Part shown: positions 49,849 to 59,577 of the stretch, one piece after another | Layout of the letters: each line of letters starts with the position of its first letter | Numbering within the stretch: position 1 is the first letter of the stretch | DNA from: Escherichia coli | Lineage (GTDB): Bacteria; Pseudomonadota; Gammaproteobacteria; Enterobacterales; Enterobacteriaceae | Assembly (NCBI RefSeq): GCF_044324875.1 | Contig: NZ_CP172188.1 | DNA length: 64,000 bases | Reading direction: 5' to 3' (one strand) | Notes under the pieces: generated by a model | What the model saw: the letters and a program-made list of their open reading frames with translations, nothing else | The model's database searches: none | Told to the model about the DNA's origin: nothing | Translations under genes and position numbers: made by a program

Positions 49849-50295
49849 ATGGCTGAAAATTTAAAGGCAAGAGATGGTAACCGCCTGTATAAGGCGCAAT
49901 TGCTTTCCTACTATTATTCACGCCGCGCTGAGTCGGCGATCGGCAAAGGTGCGCGTTTTGTTATCTCTAAGGCGTATTGGTGCAAATCTAGTCTGGTAAC
50001 TGCTAATGGTGCAGGAGGCTGGAATATAGCGGACATTCCACTCGATTTTAAATTGAGTAACGCTCAACAGTTTGCTGTGTCCGATCTGATATTGTCCAGT
50101 GTGGATGGGATTATCACTATCAATGCAGCCTTCCCTCAAGAAAGAATGCCGGATAACACGCCTTACGACTTTAACACGCTTGTGCTTGTGGATGCTGAGG
50201 AACAGGCTTTTGCTGTGCTTTGCACCCAGCAAGACACCCTCTATAAAGGTAAACGTTACAGTATTCTCATGACAATCGAGCAAGTTGAGGGTTGA
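49849..50295 (+). CDS. phage tail protein (148 aa)
   Basis: ORF directly upstream of and overlapping the tail fiber gene start. Confidence 0.4.
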   Translation: MAENLKARDGNRLYKAQLLSYYYSRRAESAIGKGARFVISKAYWCKSSLVTANGAGGWNIADIPLDFKLSNAQQFAVSDLILSSVDGIITINAAFPQERMPDNTPYDFNTLVLVDAEEQAFAVLCTQQDTLYKGKRYSILMTIEQVEG

Positions 50296-50297
50296 TT

Positions 50298-53180
50298 ATG
50301 GGTGCTGATAAAACGAACAACATAATGACACTATCCTCTGGTGTCTCACAGCCGTTGCTTGCTGATGTTCAATATTTCGAACTCTATAGTAGTTCGGCTC
50401 TTAACAGAAAACTTAAAAATATTGTTTTGCCGGGCTTTTACTGTGGATTTGAACCGGTTCCCGGCACAGGGTTGAGTGTCCGTATAACTTCTGAAAACTC
50501 AGAAGGTAAAGGGGCTGCTTCAGTAGATGTAAATAATGTTCAGATATCCGTTCAGCAAATAGAAGATGTGACTGTCTCGGTAAAGGCAGGGGCTACCAAC
50601 ATTATTGTGCTGGAAGCCAATTTTGAACATGGTGTAAAAACGACACAGGTAGATAGCGCATCTTCTGTCAGTGCTGCAAGAATTTACGCGCGTACGGACA
50701 ATACTATTGGGCAGAATCAAATTGAATTATGTCGAGTTATCGTGCCTAGCGGCGCAACGGCTGTGACTAAAGAAATGATTGTGCTTAAATACCGGGTTAA
50801 CCGTGCTGTTGGTGTCGAATTCTCTAATGAAATAAGCAGTACAGAAGAAAGAAAAGCGGCTACACCTCTGGCTGTCAAAACTCTCCATGATTTGGTTGAT
50901 ACAAAAGCCCCGATCAACAGCCCGAATCTGACAGGAACGCCAACAACACCAACAGCGCCACAGGGGACTAATAATACCCAGATCGCAAGCACGGCTTTCG
51001 TTATGGCCGCGATTGCCGCACTTGTAGATTCGTCACCTGATGCACTTAACACTCTGAACGAACTGGCCGCCGCGCTTGGTAATGATCCGAACTTTTCCGC
51101 GACAGTGACTCGCCTGATTGGAGAAAAAGTTGCCAAAGATGGCGACACCATGACAGGTAAACTTAATCTGCCGCAGACCTCTGCATTCGGCATCAATACC
51201 AACAACAGACTGGGGGGGAACTCTCTGACGCTGGGCGATCACGATACCGGAATTAAACAGGAAGGAGACGGCGTATTGTCCGTGTTCGCCAACGGCCAGC
51301 GTGTGTTCCTTTTCACGGAAAGAAGTATTACCTCATTAAAAGAGCTTCTGATAGGGGATGCACGTTATAGCACCGGTGGTGATGTGTATGGCAGTCAGTG
51401 GGGAGACGGTTGGTTGAGTTCCTGGTTAAGTGCTCGCTTTGCAGAGTGTGCCAACGCCAGCCATAACCACCCTTGGAGCCAGATTACCGACGTACCAGCA
51501 GCCAGCCTCACTCAGAGCGGCATTGTACAACTTAGTAGTGCCATCAACAGCACTTCTGAAACATTAGCTGCAACTCCAAAAGCGGTTAAAGCTGCATACG
51601 ATCTAGCAGCCGGAAAGGCACCATCCAGTCATACACACCCCTGGAATCAGATCACTGGTGTGCCAACAGCTTCATTGACAGCGAAAGGCATCACTCAGCT
51701 CAGTAGTGCTACTAACAGCACGTCTGAAGTGCTGGCCGCCACACCAAAAGCTGTCAAGGCTGCATATGACCTGGCTAACGGGAAGTATACAGCCCAGGAT
51801 GCAACCACGACACAAAAAGGGATAGTTCAGCTCAGTAGCGACACCAACAGCACTTCTGAAACATTAGCTGCAACTCCAAAAGCGGTTAAAGCTGCATACG
51901 ATCTAGCAGCCGGAAAGGCACCATCCAGTCATACACACCCCTGGAATCAGATCACTGGTGTGCCAACAGCTTCATTGACAGCGAAAGGCATCACTCAGCT
52001 CAGTAGTGCTACTAACAGCACGTCTGAAGTGCTGGCCGCTACACCGAAAGCGGTTAAAGCTGCATACGATCTAGCAGCCGGAAAGGCACCATCCAATCAT
52101 ATACATCCCTGGAATCAGATCACTGGTGTGCCAACAGCTTCATTGACAGCGAAAGGCATCACTCAGCTCAGTAGTGCCACTAACAGCACGTCTGAAGTGC
52201 TGGCCGCTACACCGAAAGCGGTTAAAGCTGCATACGATCTAGCAGCCGGAAAGGCACCATCCAGTCATACACACCCCTGGAATCAGATCACTGGTGTGCC
52301 AACAGCTTCATTGACAGCGAAAGGCATCACTCAGCTCAGTAGTGCTACTAACAGCACGTCTGAAGTGCTGGCCGCTACACCGAAAGCGGTTAAAGCTGCA
52401 TACGATCTAGCAGCCGGAAAGGCACCATCCAATCATATACATCCCTGGAATCAGATCACTGGTGTGCCAACAGCTTCATTGACAGCGAAAGGCATCACTC
52501 AGCTCAGTAGTGCCACTAACAGCACGTCTGAAGTGCTGGCCGCTACACCGAAAGCGGTTAAAGCTGCATACGATCTAGCAGCCGGAAAGGCACCATCCAA
52601 TCATATACATCCCTGGAATCAGATCACTGGTGTGCCAACAGCTTCATTGACAGCGAAAGGCATCACTCAGCTCAGTAGTGCCACTAACAGCACGTCTGAA
52701 GTGCTGGCCGCTACACCGAAAGCTGTCAAGGCTGCATACGATCTGGCAAACGGAAAACAACCGGCAGATGCCACGCTCACTGCTCTGGCAGGACTTGCCA
52801 CTGCAGCAGATCGGTTGCCTTATTTTACCGGAGCAGACCGCGCAGCGCTGACAACCCTTACAGCTATTGGTCGCGCTATTATCGCTAAGGGCAGTATAAA
52901 AGATGTCCTCAATTACCTTGGTTTAGGAGAAGGCTCGGCGCTACCCGTTGGTGTGCCTGTTCCATGGCCCACCGCCACACCGCCAGCAGGCTGGTTAAAG
53001 TGCGACGGGCGCGCCTTTACAAAAGAACAATATCCTGTTCTGGCCAGAGTCTACCCGACCCTCCGTCTTCCCGATTTACGCGGTGAGTTTATCCGTGGAT
53101 GGGACGACGGGCGAAAAGTTGATACAGGGCGCGATTGCTTTCACGGCAAGGGGTACAAGTTTTTCTCATTACGGAGGTAA
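50298..53180 (+). CDS. tail fiber protein (S-like) ending inside the invertible-region repeat
   Basis: Tandem fiber repeats (ATPKAVKAAYDLA, HTHPWNQITGVPTASLT) and the conserved C-terminal junction PAGWLKCDGRAFTKEQYPVLAR...LRGEFIRGWDDGR. Confidence 0.85.
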   Translation: MGADKTNNIMTLSSGVSQPLLADVQYFELYSSSALNRKLKNIVLPGFYCGFEPVPGTGLSVRITSENSEGKGAASVDVNNVQISVQQIEDVTVSVKAGATNIIVLEANFEHGVKTTQVDSASSVSAARIYARTDNTIGQNQIELCRVIVPSGATAVTKEMIVLKYRVNRAVGVEFSNEISSTEERKAATPLAVKTLHDLVDTKAPINSPNLTGTPTTPTAPQGTNNTQIASTAFVMAAIAALVDSSPDALNTLNELAAALGNDPNFSATVTRLIGEKVAKDGDTMTGKLNLPQTSAFGINTNNRLGGNSLTLGDHDTGIKQEGDGVLSVFANGQRVFLFTERSITSLKELLIGDARYSTGGDVYGSQWGDGWLSSWLSARFAECANASHNHPWSQITDVPAASLTQSGIVQLSSAINSTSETLAATPKAVKAAYDLAAGKAPSSHTHPWNQITGVPTASLTAKGITQLSSATNSTSEVLAATPKAVKAAYDLANGKYTAQDATTTQKGIVQLSSDTNSTSETLAATPKAVKAAYDLAAGKAPSSHTHPWNQITGVPTASLTAKGITQLSSATNSTSEVLAATPKAVKAAYDLAAGKAPSNHIHPWNQITGVPTASLTAKGITQLSSATNSTSEVLAATPKAVKAAYDLAAGKAPSSHTHPWNQITGVPTASLTAKGITQLSSATNSTSEVLAATPKAVKAAYDLAAGKAPSNHIHPWNQITGVPTASLTAKGITQLSSATNSTSEVLAATPKAVKAAYDLAAGKAPSNHIHPWNQITGVPTASLTAKGITQLSSATNSTSEVLAATPKAVKAAYDLANGKQPADATLTALAGLATAADRLPYFTGADRAALTTLTAIGRAIIAKGSIKDVLNYLGLGEGSALPVGVPVPWPTATPPAGWLKCDGRAFTKEQYPVLARVYPTLRLPDLRGEFIRGWDDGRKVDTGRDCFHGKGYKFFSLRR
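51460..52750 (+). repeat. about seven tandem ~165-bp coding repeats inside the tail fiber gene
   Basis: Near-identical 55-aa units repeated; several DNA copies identical over more than 100 bp. Confidence 0.8.
52911..52933. promoter_or_regulatory. candidate invertase crossover site (cix/gix-like), left
   Basis: aattaccttGGTTTAGGAGAAgg at the outer edge of the left inverted repeat; mirrored at 54945..54970. Confidence 0.45.
52920..53133. repeat. left inverted repeat of the invertible region (~215 bp, ~98% identical to 54746..54960)
   Basis: Hand reverse-complement comparison shows only about four mismatches. Confidence 0.8.
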
Positions 53181-53334
53181 TTTCGACATTGGGTCTGGTT
53201 ATTCAATCAATAACTACGACCAATAGTTGTTTCTAACAACCAAGATTTTCCCGACCTTCATGAGGGCCTTTAACGAGGTGATGGGGTTAACATGTAACCA
53301 TTCGTCCTGGTAACATTGTTTAATTATATGGTAT

Positions 53335-53560
53335 GCAGGCTATAAACGTTGGTTTAGGAGAAGCGGCGCTATGCGTTGGTGTGCCTGTTCAGTGGCCCCC
53401 GCCACACCGCCATTGCAGGCTTAATTAAATTGTGAGGGCGCGTTTACAAAAGAACAATATCAGTTCTGGCCAGAAAACCCGACCCTCCGCTTCCCGATTT
53501 AGCGGTGCGATATCCGTGGATCACTATGACGAGACGAAAGGTTGATACACGGGCGTGCCT
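53335..53560. repeat. degenerate third copy of the inverted repeat with its own crossover-like site (plus orientation)
   Basis: About 80-85% identity to 52920..53133 with indels; begins ctataaacgttggtttaggagaag. Confidence 0.55.
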
Positions 53561-54239
53561 CTTTGGAGTTTCGCCCTTGGGACTATCGTATCCGGTTTTG
53601 ATGCGCCGATGCATACCGGAGATTTCAGGTTACGTGGTCGGCTGCCACACAAACGGATGGTGACGCATTTAACCTGATCACCTGGGGGTATAAATGGCAA
53701 AAAGTGGATATTTGATGCATCCCAACCGGTGCACAAAGATATGACTGGCGGACTTACCACCAGCAAAACAGCCTGCCACAATATGGGATTTAACTATATC
53801 GTGAAGGCGGCGTATACCGTTACTGAACGGCATAGAGCCGCAGTGGCGCTGGCCAGCTGCAACGCCAGAAACCTTGTGATATCCAGGCGTTCAGCTCGTC
53901 GATATAATCCAGCACGGCGGGCAGTTTTGCCGTTTCTTCCAGTTTCAGACTGCGACCTGCCCGCCGTTTGGGTTGATAGGTCGACGGCTTCACGCCTGGA
54001 TCCACCCGGCACTGGCGTTGCAGTTGGCAAGTCTCCAGCTCTGCGGCTCTATGCCGGCTCAGTATCACGCCGCCCACGATTACCGTTCCAGGTATCCCAT
54101 GGTGTGGCAGGCTGTTTTGTGGTGGTGTCCGCCGGTAATCACCCGGTTGAGGTGCATCAGAACGGGGTTCCCGTTTTCCGTTTATACCGTCTCCCGCGGT
54201 GATTAGGGTTACATGCGTCCCAAATCCGTTCAGTGTGGC

Positions 54240-54480
54240 AGTCCGAAACCACGTAACCCGATATCCTCCGGTATGCATTATCATCACGAACCGGAGTACG
54301 ATAGTCCCAAGGGCGAGATACTGAAAGTAGCGCACGCCCGGTATCAACCTTTCGTCCGTCATATCCACGGATAAACTCACCGCGTAAATCGGGAAGACGG
54401 ATCGGTTAGACTCTGGCCAGAACAGGATATTGTTCTTTTGTAAACGCGCCCTCACAATGTAACCAGCCTGCTACGGCGGT
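54240..54480. repeat. degenerate fourth copy of the repeat (minus orientation), inverted partner of 53335..53560
   Basis: Reverse complement aligns to the 53335..53660 copy, including gcccttgggactatcgta. Confidence 0.5.
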
Positions 54481-54564
54481 GTGACGGTGATACCCTTCGC
54501 ATACAGGCTTCTGATAGAGGTCAGAATAGTAGCCTGCATACCATTGTCTGACATTACCACGATG

Positions 54565-54960
54565 TTACGAGGATCGCTGAATGTTGTCCCGTCCGGCATT
54601 TTGAAGGCCCTCACGAAGGTCTGTAATGGAATCTTCATTGTTGAATCCCATGCCGACTATCCCCGAGGTTCCCGTAGTGTCCTGGTTATAATAATCCAGC
54701 ATTGCTGTTCTTAACAGCGTTGCCCCTTGTGCGGACAGCAACTTACGTCCTGTATCAACTTTGCGCCCGTCGTCCCATCCACGGATAAACTCACCGCGTA
54801 AATCGGGAAGACGGAGGGTCGGGTAGGCTCTGGCCAGAACAGGATATTGTTCTTTTGTAAAGGCGCGCCCGTCGCACTTTAACCAGCCTGCTGGCGGTGT
54901 GGCGGTGGGCCACGGAACAGGCACACCAACGGGTAGCGCCGAGCCTTCTCCTAAACCAAC
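54565..54960 (-). CDS. alternative tail-fiber C-terminal cassette (start-less; joined to the fiber gene only after inversion)
   Basis: Minus-strand frame encodes the same PVPWPTATPPAGWLKCDGR...RGWDDGRKVDTGR junction followed by a different 57-aa tail. Confidence 0.5.
   Translation of the reverse strand, partial: VGLGEGSALPVGVPVPWPTATPPAGWLKCDGRAFTKEQYPVLARAYPTLRLPDLRGEFIRGWDDGRKVDTGRKLLSAQGATLLRTAMLDYYNQDTTGTSGIVGMGFNNEDSITDLREGLQNAGRDNIQRSS
54746..54960. repeat. right inverted repeat of the invertible region
   Basis: Reverse complement matches 52920..53133. Confidence 0.8.
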
Positions 54961-54970
54961 GTTTATCTCT
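54945..54970. promoter_or_regulatory. candidate invertase crossover site, right
   Basis: ccTTCTCCTAAACCaacgtttatctc adjacent to the invertase gene. Confidence 0.45.
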
Positions 54971-55025
54971 CAAATCCTCCCCACATTATCTCAGTACTTT
55001 AACCACTCAAAAGGGAGTATTTTTA

Positions 55026-55598
55026 ATGCTGATTGGCTACATACGTGTGTCAACAAATGACCAAAACACAGATTTGCAACGCAATGCATTAATGTGCGCA
55101 GGATGTGAACAGATTTTTGAGGACAAAATGAGCGGAACCAAGTCGGAACGACCAGGCCTGAAACGCGCTTTAAAGTGCCTTAAAAGAGGGGATACATTGG
55201 TGGTCTGGAAGCTGGATCGGTTGGGTAGAAGAATGAAACACCTCATTGCTCTCACAGAAGAGCTACGCGCAAAAGGTGTCAATTTTCGCAGTCTGACGGA
55301 TTCAATCGATACCAGCACTCCGATGGGAAGGTTCTTTTTTCATATGATGGGTGCACTGGCAGAAATGGAGCGTGAACTGATAGTTGAGCGCACGCTGGCA
55401 GGACTGGCTGCTGCGCGATCACAAGGAAGAGTTGGAGGACGTCGCCCGAAACTGACGAAGGAGCAGCATGAGCAGATCGCAAGATTGCTCCAGAAAGGGT
55501 ATGACAGAAAGCGGCTGGCAATTATCTATGATATTGGACTGTCAACGATCTACCGCTATCACCCTGTTGGGACTGTCATAACGCAACCTGAAATGTAA
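55026..55598 (+). CDS. cin: Cin/Gin/Hin-family serine DNA invertase
   Basis: MLIGYIRVSTNDQNTDLQRNAL...LVVWKLDRLGR...FRSLTDSIDTS collinear with Mu Gin as recalled; ATG 55026 (ORF track 54897 extends into the repeat). Confidence 0.9.
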   Translation: MLIGYIRVSTNDQNTDLQRNALMCAGCEQIFEDKMSGTKSERPGLKRALKCLKRGDTLVVWKLDRLGRRMKHLIALTEELRAKGVNFRSLTDSIDTSTPMGRFFFHMMGALAEMERELIVERTLAGLAAARSQGRVGGRRPKLTKEQHEQIARLLQKGYDRKRLAIIYDIGLSTIYRYHPVGTVITQPEM

Positions 55599-55814
55599 TT
55601 CTTTTTCAAATAATGAAACGCCGCGTGGATGCCATTTATCGCACAAGATAGAGTGCATTTATCGCGCGGCGCATCATCATTTGTTGATATGCGAATGTAT
55701 CCAATAAGCATATGTCTCCCTTGTATGCTAAGGATACGATCCTAGAAGATGTCCTGTAAGGAAATAACAAACTGACTAAGTTAGTGGCGCATTAGATGTT
55801 ATTTCTGGAGGGGT

Positions 55815-56141
55815 ATGTTTGCAGATTATGAAAATCTGGCTGTAGTAGTCATAACATCCCTACTAAGTGGAACCGGCGTATTCCTTCTCGGAGTTAGAGA
55901 CGGGCGCATTTCTGCGTCCCTGCTCAATCTTGCGAGTGAATTGTTTACTGCGGTAACAGCCGGGCTTGCGGGGTATGGGGTGGCGGTTAGCCAAGAATGG
56001 CCTGAAGGTATCATTTTCTGCGTTGTTCTGATTGCCAGTAACAACGGTAGTGAAATTTTACAGGGCTTGAAGTCCAGAGCTAGTAACGTCTTGAATCTCT
56101 TAAGCGTAATAGCGAATGGGGGAAAAGGTGGAGAGAAATAA
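55815..56141 (+). CDS. holin-like small membrane protein (LydA-like candidate)
   Basis: 108 aa with hydrophobic helices; first gene of an operon that continues into DarA-like genes, as in the P1 dar operon. Confidence 0.45.
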   Translation: MFADYENLAVVVITSLLSGTGVFLLGVRDGRISASLLNLASELFTAVTAGLAGYGVAVSQEWPEGIIFCVVLIASNNGSEILQGLKSRASNVLNLLSVIANGGKGGEK

Positions 56142-56587
56142 TGGGTAACTTTGGAAATTATTTCATTTTTATCATGGCATTTGTTGCCATCATTGACCGT
56201 TTCATTTTTCGTCGCAAGAGTGTTGAGATTTTGAGTATTGGTGACGCTGTAGTGAAAGAATCCGCTATAGCATTTCCTGTTTCGCTACGTGTTAAGCGAA
56301 GCTGGGTCAGCAATGCTCAAATCGAATATTGGTTGCAAGACCTGAAAAATCCATCTGTGGTTATTTCAGGGAAAACGCGACCAGTTGACGCCTCAAAACG
56401 CGGTGAGAGAGAAGAGTATTTGCTCATCGATACGAAATATCTTGAGCCAACGAAGTGGGATCTGAAAGTCACATTGACTAACGGTAACTGCCGACTGAAT
56501 CCGCTTTATCGCATTTTCCCTATCAATGACTGCATAGAGCGCCAGTTTACGATCGAAAAGCGTAAAGGAGACTGGGATGTCAAATAA
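56141..56587 (+). CDS. membrane-anchored protein (LydB-like candidate)
   Basis: N-terminal TM helix (FIFIMAFVAIIDRFIF); coupled to the upstream gene. Confidence 0.4.
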   Translation: MGNFGNYFIFIMAFVAIIDRFIFRRKSVEILSIGDAVVKESAIAFPVSLRVKRSWVSNAQIEYWLQDLKNPSVVISGKTRPVDASKRGEREEYLLIDTKYLEPTKWDLKVTLTNGNCRLNPLYRIFPINDCIERQFTIEKRKGDWDVK

Positions 56588-57197
56588 GAATAATTATGTT
56601 CTTCTTAATTATGATGAGTTAAACGAAAAGGGGCTGGCAAAACTCGTCAAAGAAATCAGCAAAGGTGGTTACAAGATAGCGAGGGTGATCCCTGCAAGTA
56701 ATGGCAGGAAGAAAGATGGGATCATGACGCGCACGTTTACCCTTATTGGTATTGATGAACAGACAATGGAAGTTCAGGTTAACGATACCGGTGATATATC
56801 TGGGATCAAACTGAATGGTAAAACAGTACCGTTCAAGCCAGTAAAAACAATGTCGGCTTTGGGGCAATCTCTTGCGGCTTTATTTAATCGCGGAGCAACT
56901 TCTTTCCAGAAGTCATTAGCTCGAAAACTTGCTCGTGCAGCAAAAAATATTGATGACGGAAATAAGAAGCGGCAGGGAGTTAAATCTAACGCTCAGAAAT
57001 TAGCTGAAGCGAAAGAATCACGTGATGCACTCCGTGAAGATATCGCTAATGCTAACGACAAACTGTCTAAACTCCAGAGCAAGTCAGACAAAGTAATACA
57101 AGATACGGGTAACGTTAAAGCTGCCTTGTCTCAGGAAGTAGCTAAGACACGTGCTCTTAAAGAAGAAATCGCGCGCCTGGAGGATGAGCATGATTAA
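56577..57197 (+). CDS. Hdf-like protein candidate (206 aa)
   Basis: Position before the DarA-like gene; C-terminal coiled coil. Confidence 0.35.
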   Translation: MSNKNNYVLLNYDELNEKGLAKLVKEISKGGYKIARVIPASNGRKKDGIMTRTFTLIGIDEQTMEVQVNDTGDISGIKLNGKTVPFKPVKTMSALGQSLAALFNRGATSFQKSLARKLARAAKNIDDGNKKRQGVKSNAQKLAEAKESRDALREDIANANDKLSKLQSKSDKVIQDTGNVKAALSQEVAKTRALKEEIARLEDEHD

Positions 57198-59115
57198 CAA
57201 TCCTTTACGAATTAATATTCAGTCTACTTTTGCTGATACGATCCCCGGCTATATGCCAAGTCGCTGGTCTTCAGAAGAATTAAGCGAAGATGACCTGATT
57301 TTTGAGGCGGCGACCTTAGAAGATATTGAGCTTGCCTATATGGGCAATGAAATTCTGGTTGTGTCTGACGAAGCTATGTTTGAGTCCATAACTACAACCA
57401 GAATTCGGTTAGCTCAAACAATGCGAGCTTTCGTCCGTGCGCTGAATCGTGGCCTGAATGGTACGAATATTATGGCAGGGACTGATGAAGCTGGGACCGA
57501 TGAAAATGGACGTAATTGTATTGGAGGTGCGATTATCGGTCGTGTACGTCGGGTAGCTAATATCCCTGTTTTGACCGCGCAGATACCGCTTACTGACGGG
57601 CAGAGTACAAGCATAATTTTCCACTCTCCAACAGCTGACGGGGCAAAAATAAAGAGTAACGACGAGCTTGTTGCATTTCAGTTTTTACTTAATAAACGTA
57701 ACGTAACTCACGTTGTCGCCCCGATTGGTGGGAGAGATGTTTCTTTAAGCCAGGTATGCCAGGCGCTATCTAATTTGATTGAGCGTAACAGCGAAAAATT
57801 TAAGAAAGCAAAAGAGCGCCAGGACAAAATGAAGGCAGATATTGAGAGTTATCTCAATGAAGCAGATAAACTGGCAGAAGAACGGTCAATAATGATTGAT
57901 CAGGTGGAAGTTGCGCAACGTGGGCTGACTGAAAAGCGTGCTGCTCTTACGGAGATGCAAAAAAAACTTGATGCCCAGAAAGCCATCAACGAGGAATTAC
58001 AAGCAAAACGCGATAAATTGTTGTCTGCTAAAGGTGAAAAAACGAAAGAACGAGCGTTTAGTGACCAGCTGCGACATGTAAAACATAATCTTGCCATTGA
58101 CGGAAAAACAGTGCTGGATAATGGCGCTGAAGTTAATTATGTCACGTCCGGCAGTGATAATTTCGTTACGATAGTAGCACCTGAAGGTAAATTCAGTATT
58201 GATGCCAGTGCTGTCAAAGGAGGCAGTTTGGCAGATGCTGCAACTAAATTACTTAAAGCCTACCGAGAGCATAACGCAGATAAATATAAAGTTGATGTGT
58301 TACCAGGCCAGCAGGAAGACCCCGAACCACCACAGACAGACCCCGAGACGAACCCAGTATCACAACCAGAGAGCCAGGATGTAGGTAAATACCACTATGC
58401 ACTTCAATCTCGCCCGGCTGGTGTTGGTGCTGTGCCGGATGGAAATAAAGCCGTGCTTGATCGTCCTGACCAGGCTGATCAGTATTACGAATATGCTCGT
58501 CACGGTATCATTACGTATGACCGTAAACTGACAGATGAAGAAGTCAGCCAGTACGAGTTGCTCTATCTTCCTGATGAAGATGAGCTGAAAGATTTTGCAG
58601 GCCAATTGGTTGTGTCCAGCATGTCGAAACATATTGATGGCTATGTAGACCTGTTTGGCAGTGACCTGAAAACATTCAAGGCGCAAGTGAAAATTCTTTT
58701 CCGCAAAGCGTTTCCAAATGTGGCGTATCCACTTGGTGATGGGGAGAACCTTTTCATTATGGACGTGTATAACGCCCTTCAAAATCATTCAAGCGAAGTA
58801 AAAACAGAGCATGTGGTTGAGCCGGAATCACAACCACAACCAGCACCAGAACAGGAGCCGGAGCCAGAAGAAGTTGGTGAATCAGCAAGTGAAGCTGATC
58901 AGGAAGCAGATAAAGCGCTGGAGTACCTGAAATCCGTGCCGGAGCAGTTTACATCCCGCGATCTGACGGTCATCAGTGCTGAACTTGATCATGTGCAGGA
59001 AGCAGCGAACGCTCTAATCAGTGCAGGTCGATACGACGAGAACGAAGCCACTGTGGGTGCAGCAGTTGACTACCTGATCAATATTCTGGCTGAAATTCAG
59101 CAGGGAGGTGTTTAA
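57190..59115 (+). CDS. DarA-like capsid-associated antirestriction protein candidate (641 aa)
   Basis: Size and operon position as in the P1 darA operon recalled from literature; ATG 57190 with GGAGG RBS. Confidence 0.4.
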   Translation: MINNPLRINIQSTFADTIPGYMPSRWSSEELSEDDLIFEAATLEDIELAYMGNEILVVSDEAMFESITTTRIRLAQTMRAFVRALNRGLNGTNIMAGTDEAGTDENGRNCIGGAIIGRVRRVANIPVLTAQIPLTDGQSTSIIFHSPTADGAKIKSNDELVAFQFLLNKRNVTHVVAPIGGRDVSLSQVCQALSNLIERNSEKFKKAKERQDKMKADIESYLNEADKLAEERSIMIDQVEVAQRGLTEKRAALTEMQKKLDAQKAINEELQAKRDKLLSAKGEKTKERAFSDQLRHVKHNLAIDGKTVLDNGAEVNYVTSGSDNFVTIVAPEGKFSIDASAVKGGSLADAATKLLKAYREHNADKYKVDVLPGQQEDPEPPQTDPETNPVSQPESQDVGKYHYALQSRPAGVGAVPDGNKAVLDRPDQADQYYEYARHGIITYDRKLTDEEVSQYELLYLPDEDELKDFAGQLVVSSMSKHIDGYVDLFGSDLKTFKAQVKILFRKAFPNVAYPLGDGENLFIMDVYNALQNHSSEVKTEHVVEPESQPQPAPEQEPEPEEVGESASEADQEADKALEYLKSVPEQFTSRDLTVISAELDHVQEAANALISAGRYDENEATVGAAVDYLINILAEIQQGGV

Positions 59116-59483
59116 TGACCATCTCTGTTTTAGACCGCCTGAAATTAGGTAAAGAGCTATCAGATCTAATGCAGGCGCAGAAAACTGCGCCAGTATTGCA
59201 ACGCGTCACCATTGGTAAGCAGATTGTTGATGTGATGCTGAAATTGGGCCTGGGGACTGCCGCGCAACCGGCAGCGGAACCGCAACAACAGGCTGATCCT
59301 GTTGTAGATGAAGTCCCTAAGATAGTGACTGACTTCCTGGGCGGTGTGTTCACAAAGTCCACACAAATGGAATTTATTGATGCGCTGCGTGGGATCTCAA
59401 ACTATGTTGGCGAGTTCCTTACGTTGGAGCAGGCTAAAGAGCAGACCATAAGCTGGGTGAAAGCTAACGGTTATGCCGGGTAA
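59115..59483 (+). CDS. DdrA-like small protein candidate (122 aa)
   Basis: Overlapping start with the upstream gene stop; operon context. Confidence 0.35.
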   Translation: MTISVLDRLKLGKELSDLMQAQKTAPVLQRVTIGKQIVDVMLKLGLGTAAQPAAEPQQQADPVVDEVPKIVTDFLGGVFTKSTQMEFIDALRGISNYVGEFLTLEQAKEQTISWVKANGYAG

Positions 59484-59577
59484 TCAAAAGGGGCTGAAAT
59501 GCCCCTTTCACTTATCTGTTCTCACATAAATCACACACTTTTTACACTCACAGCTTTCTCTATAGTTGGAGTGTATT

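Noticed and set aside
51460-52750. CRISPR-like appearance of regular repeats
   Set aside because: Repeats are about 165 bp, in-frame and coding within the tail fiber; no short repeat-spacer architecture or cas genes.
53524-54455. ORFs of 77-211 aa inside the invertible region
   Set aside because: Fall in degenerate repeat copies with frame disruptions and no RBS; treated as decayed cassette remnants.
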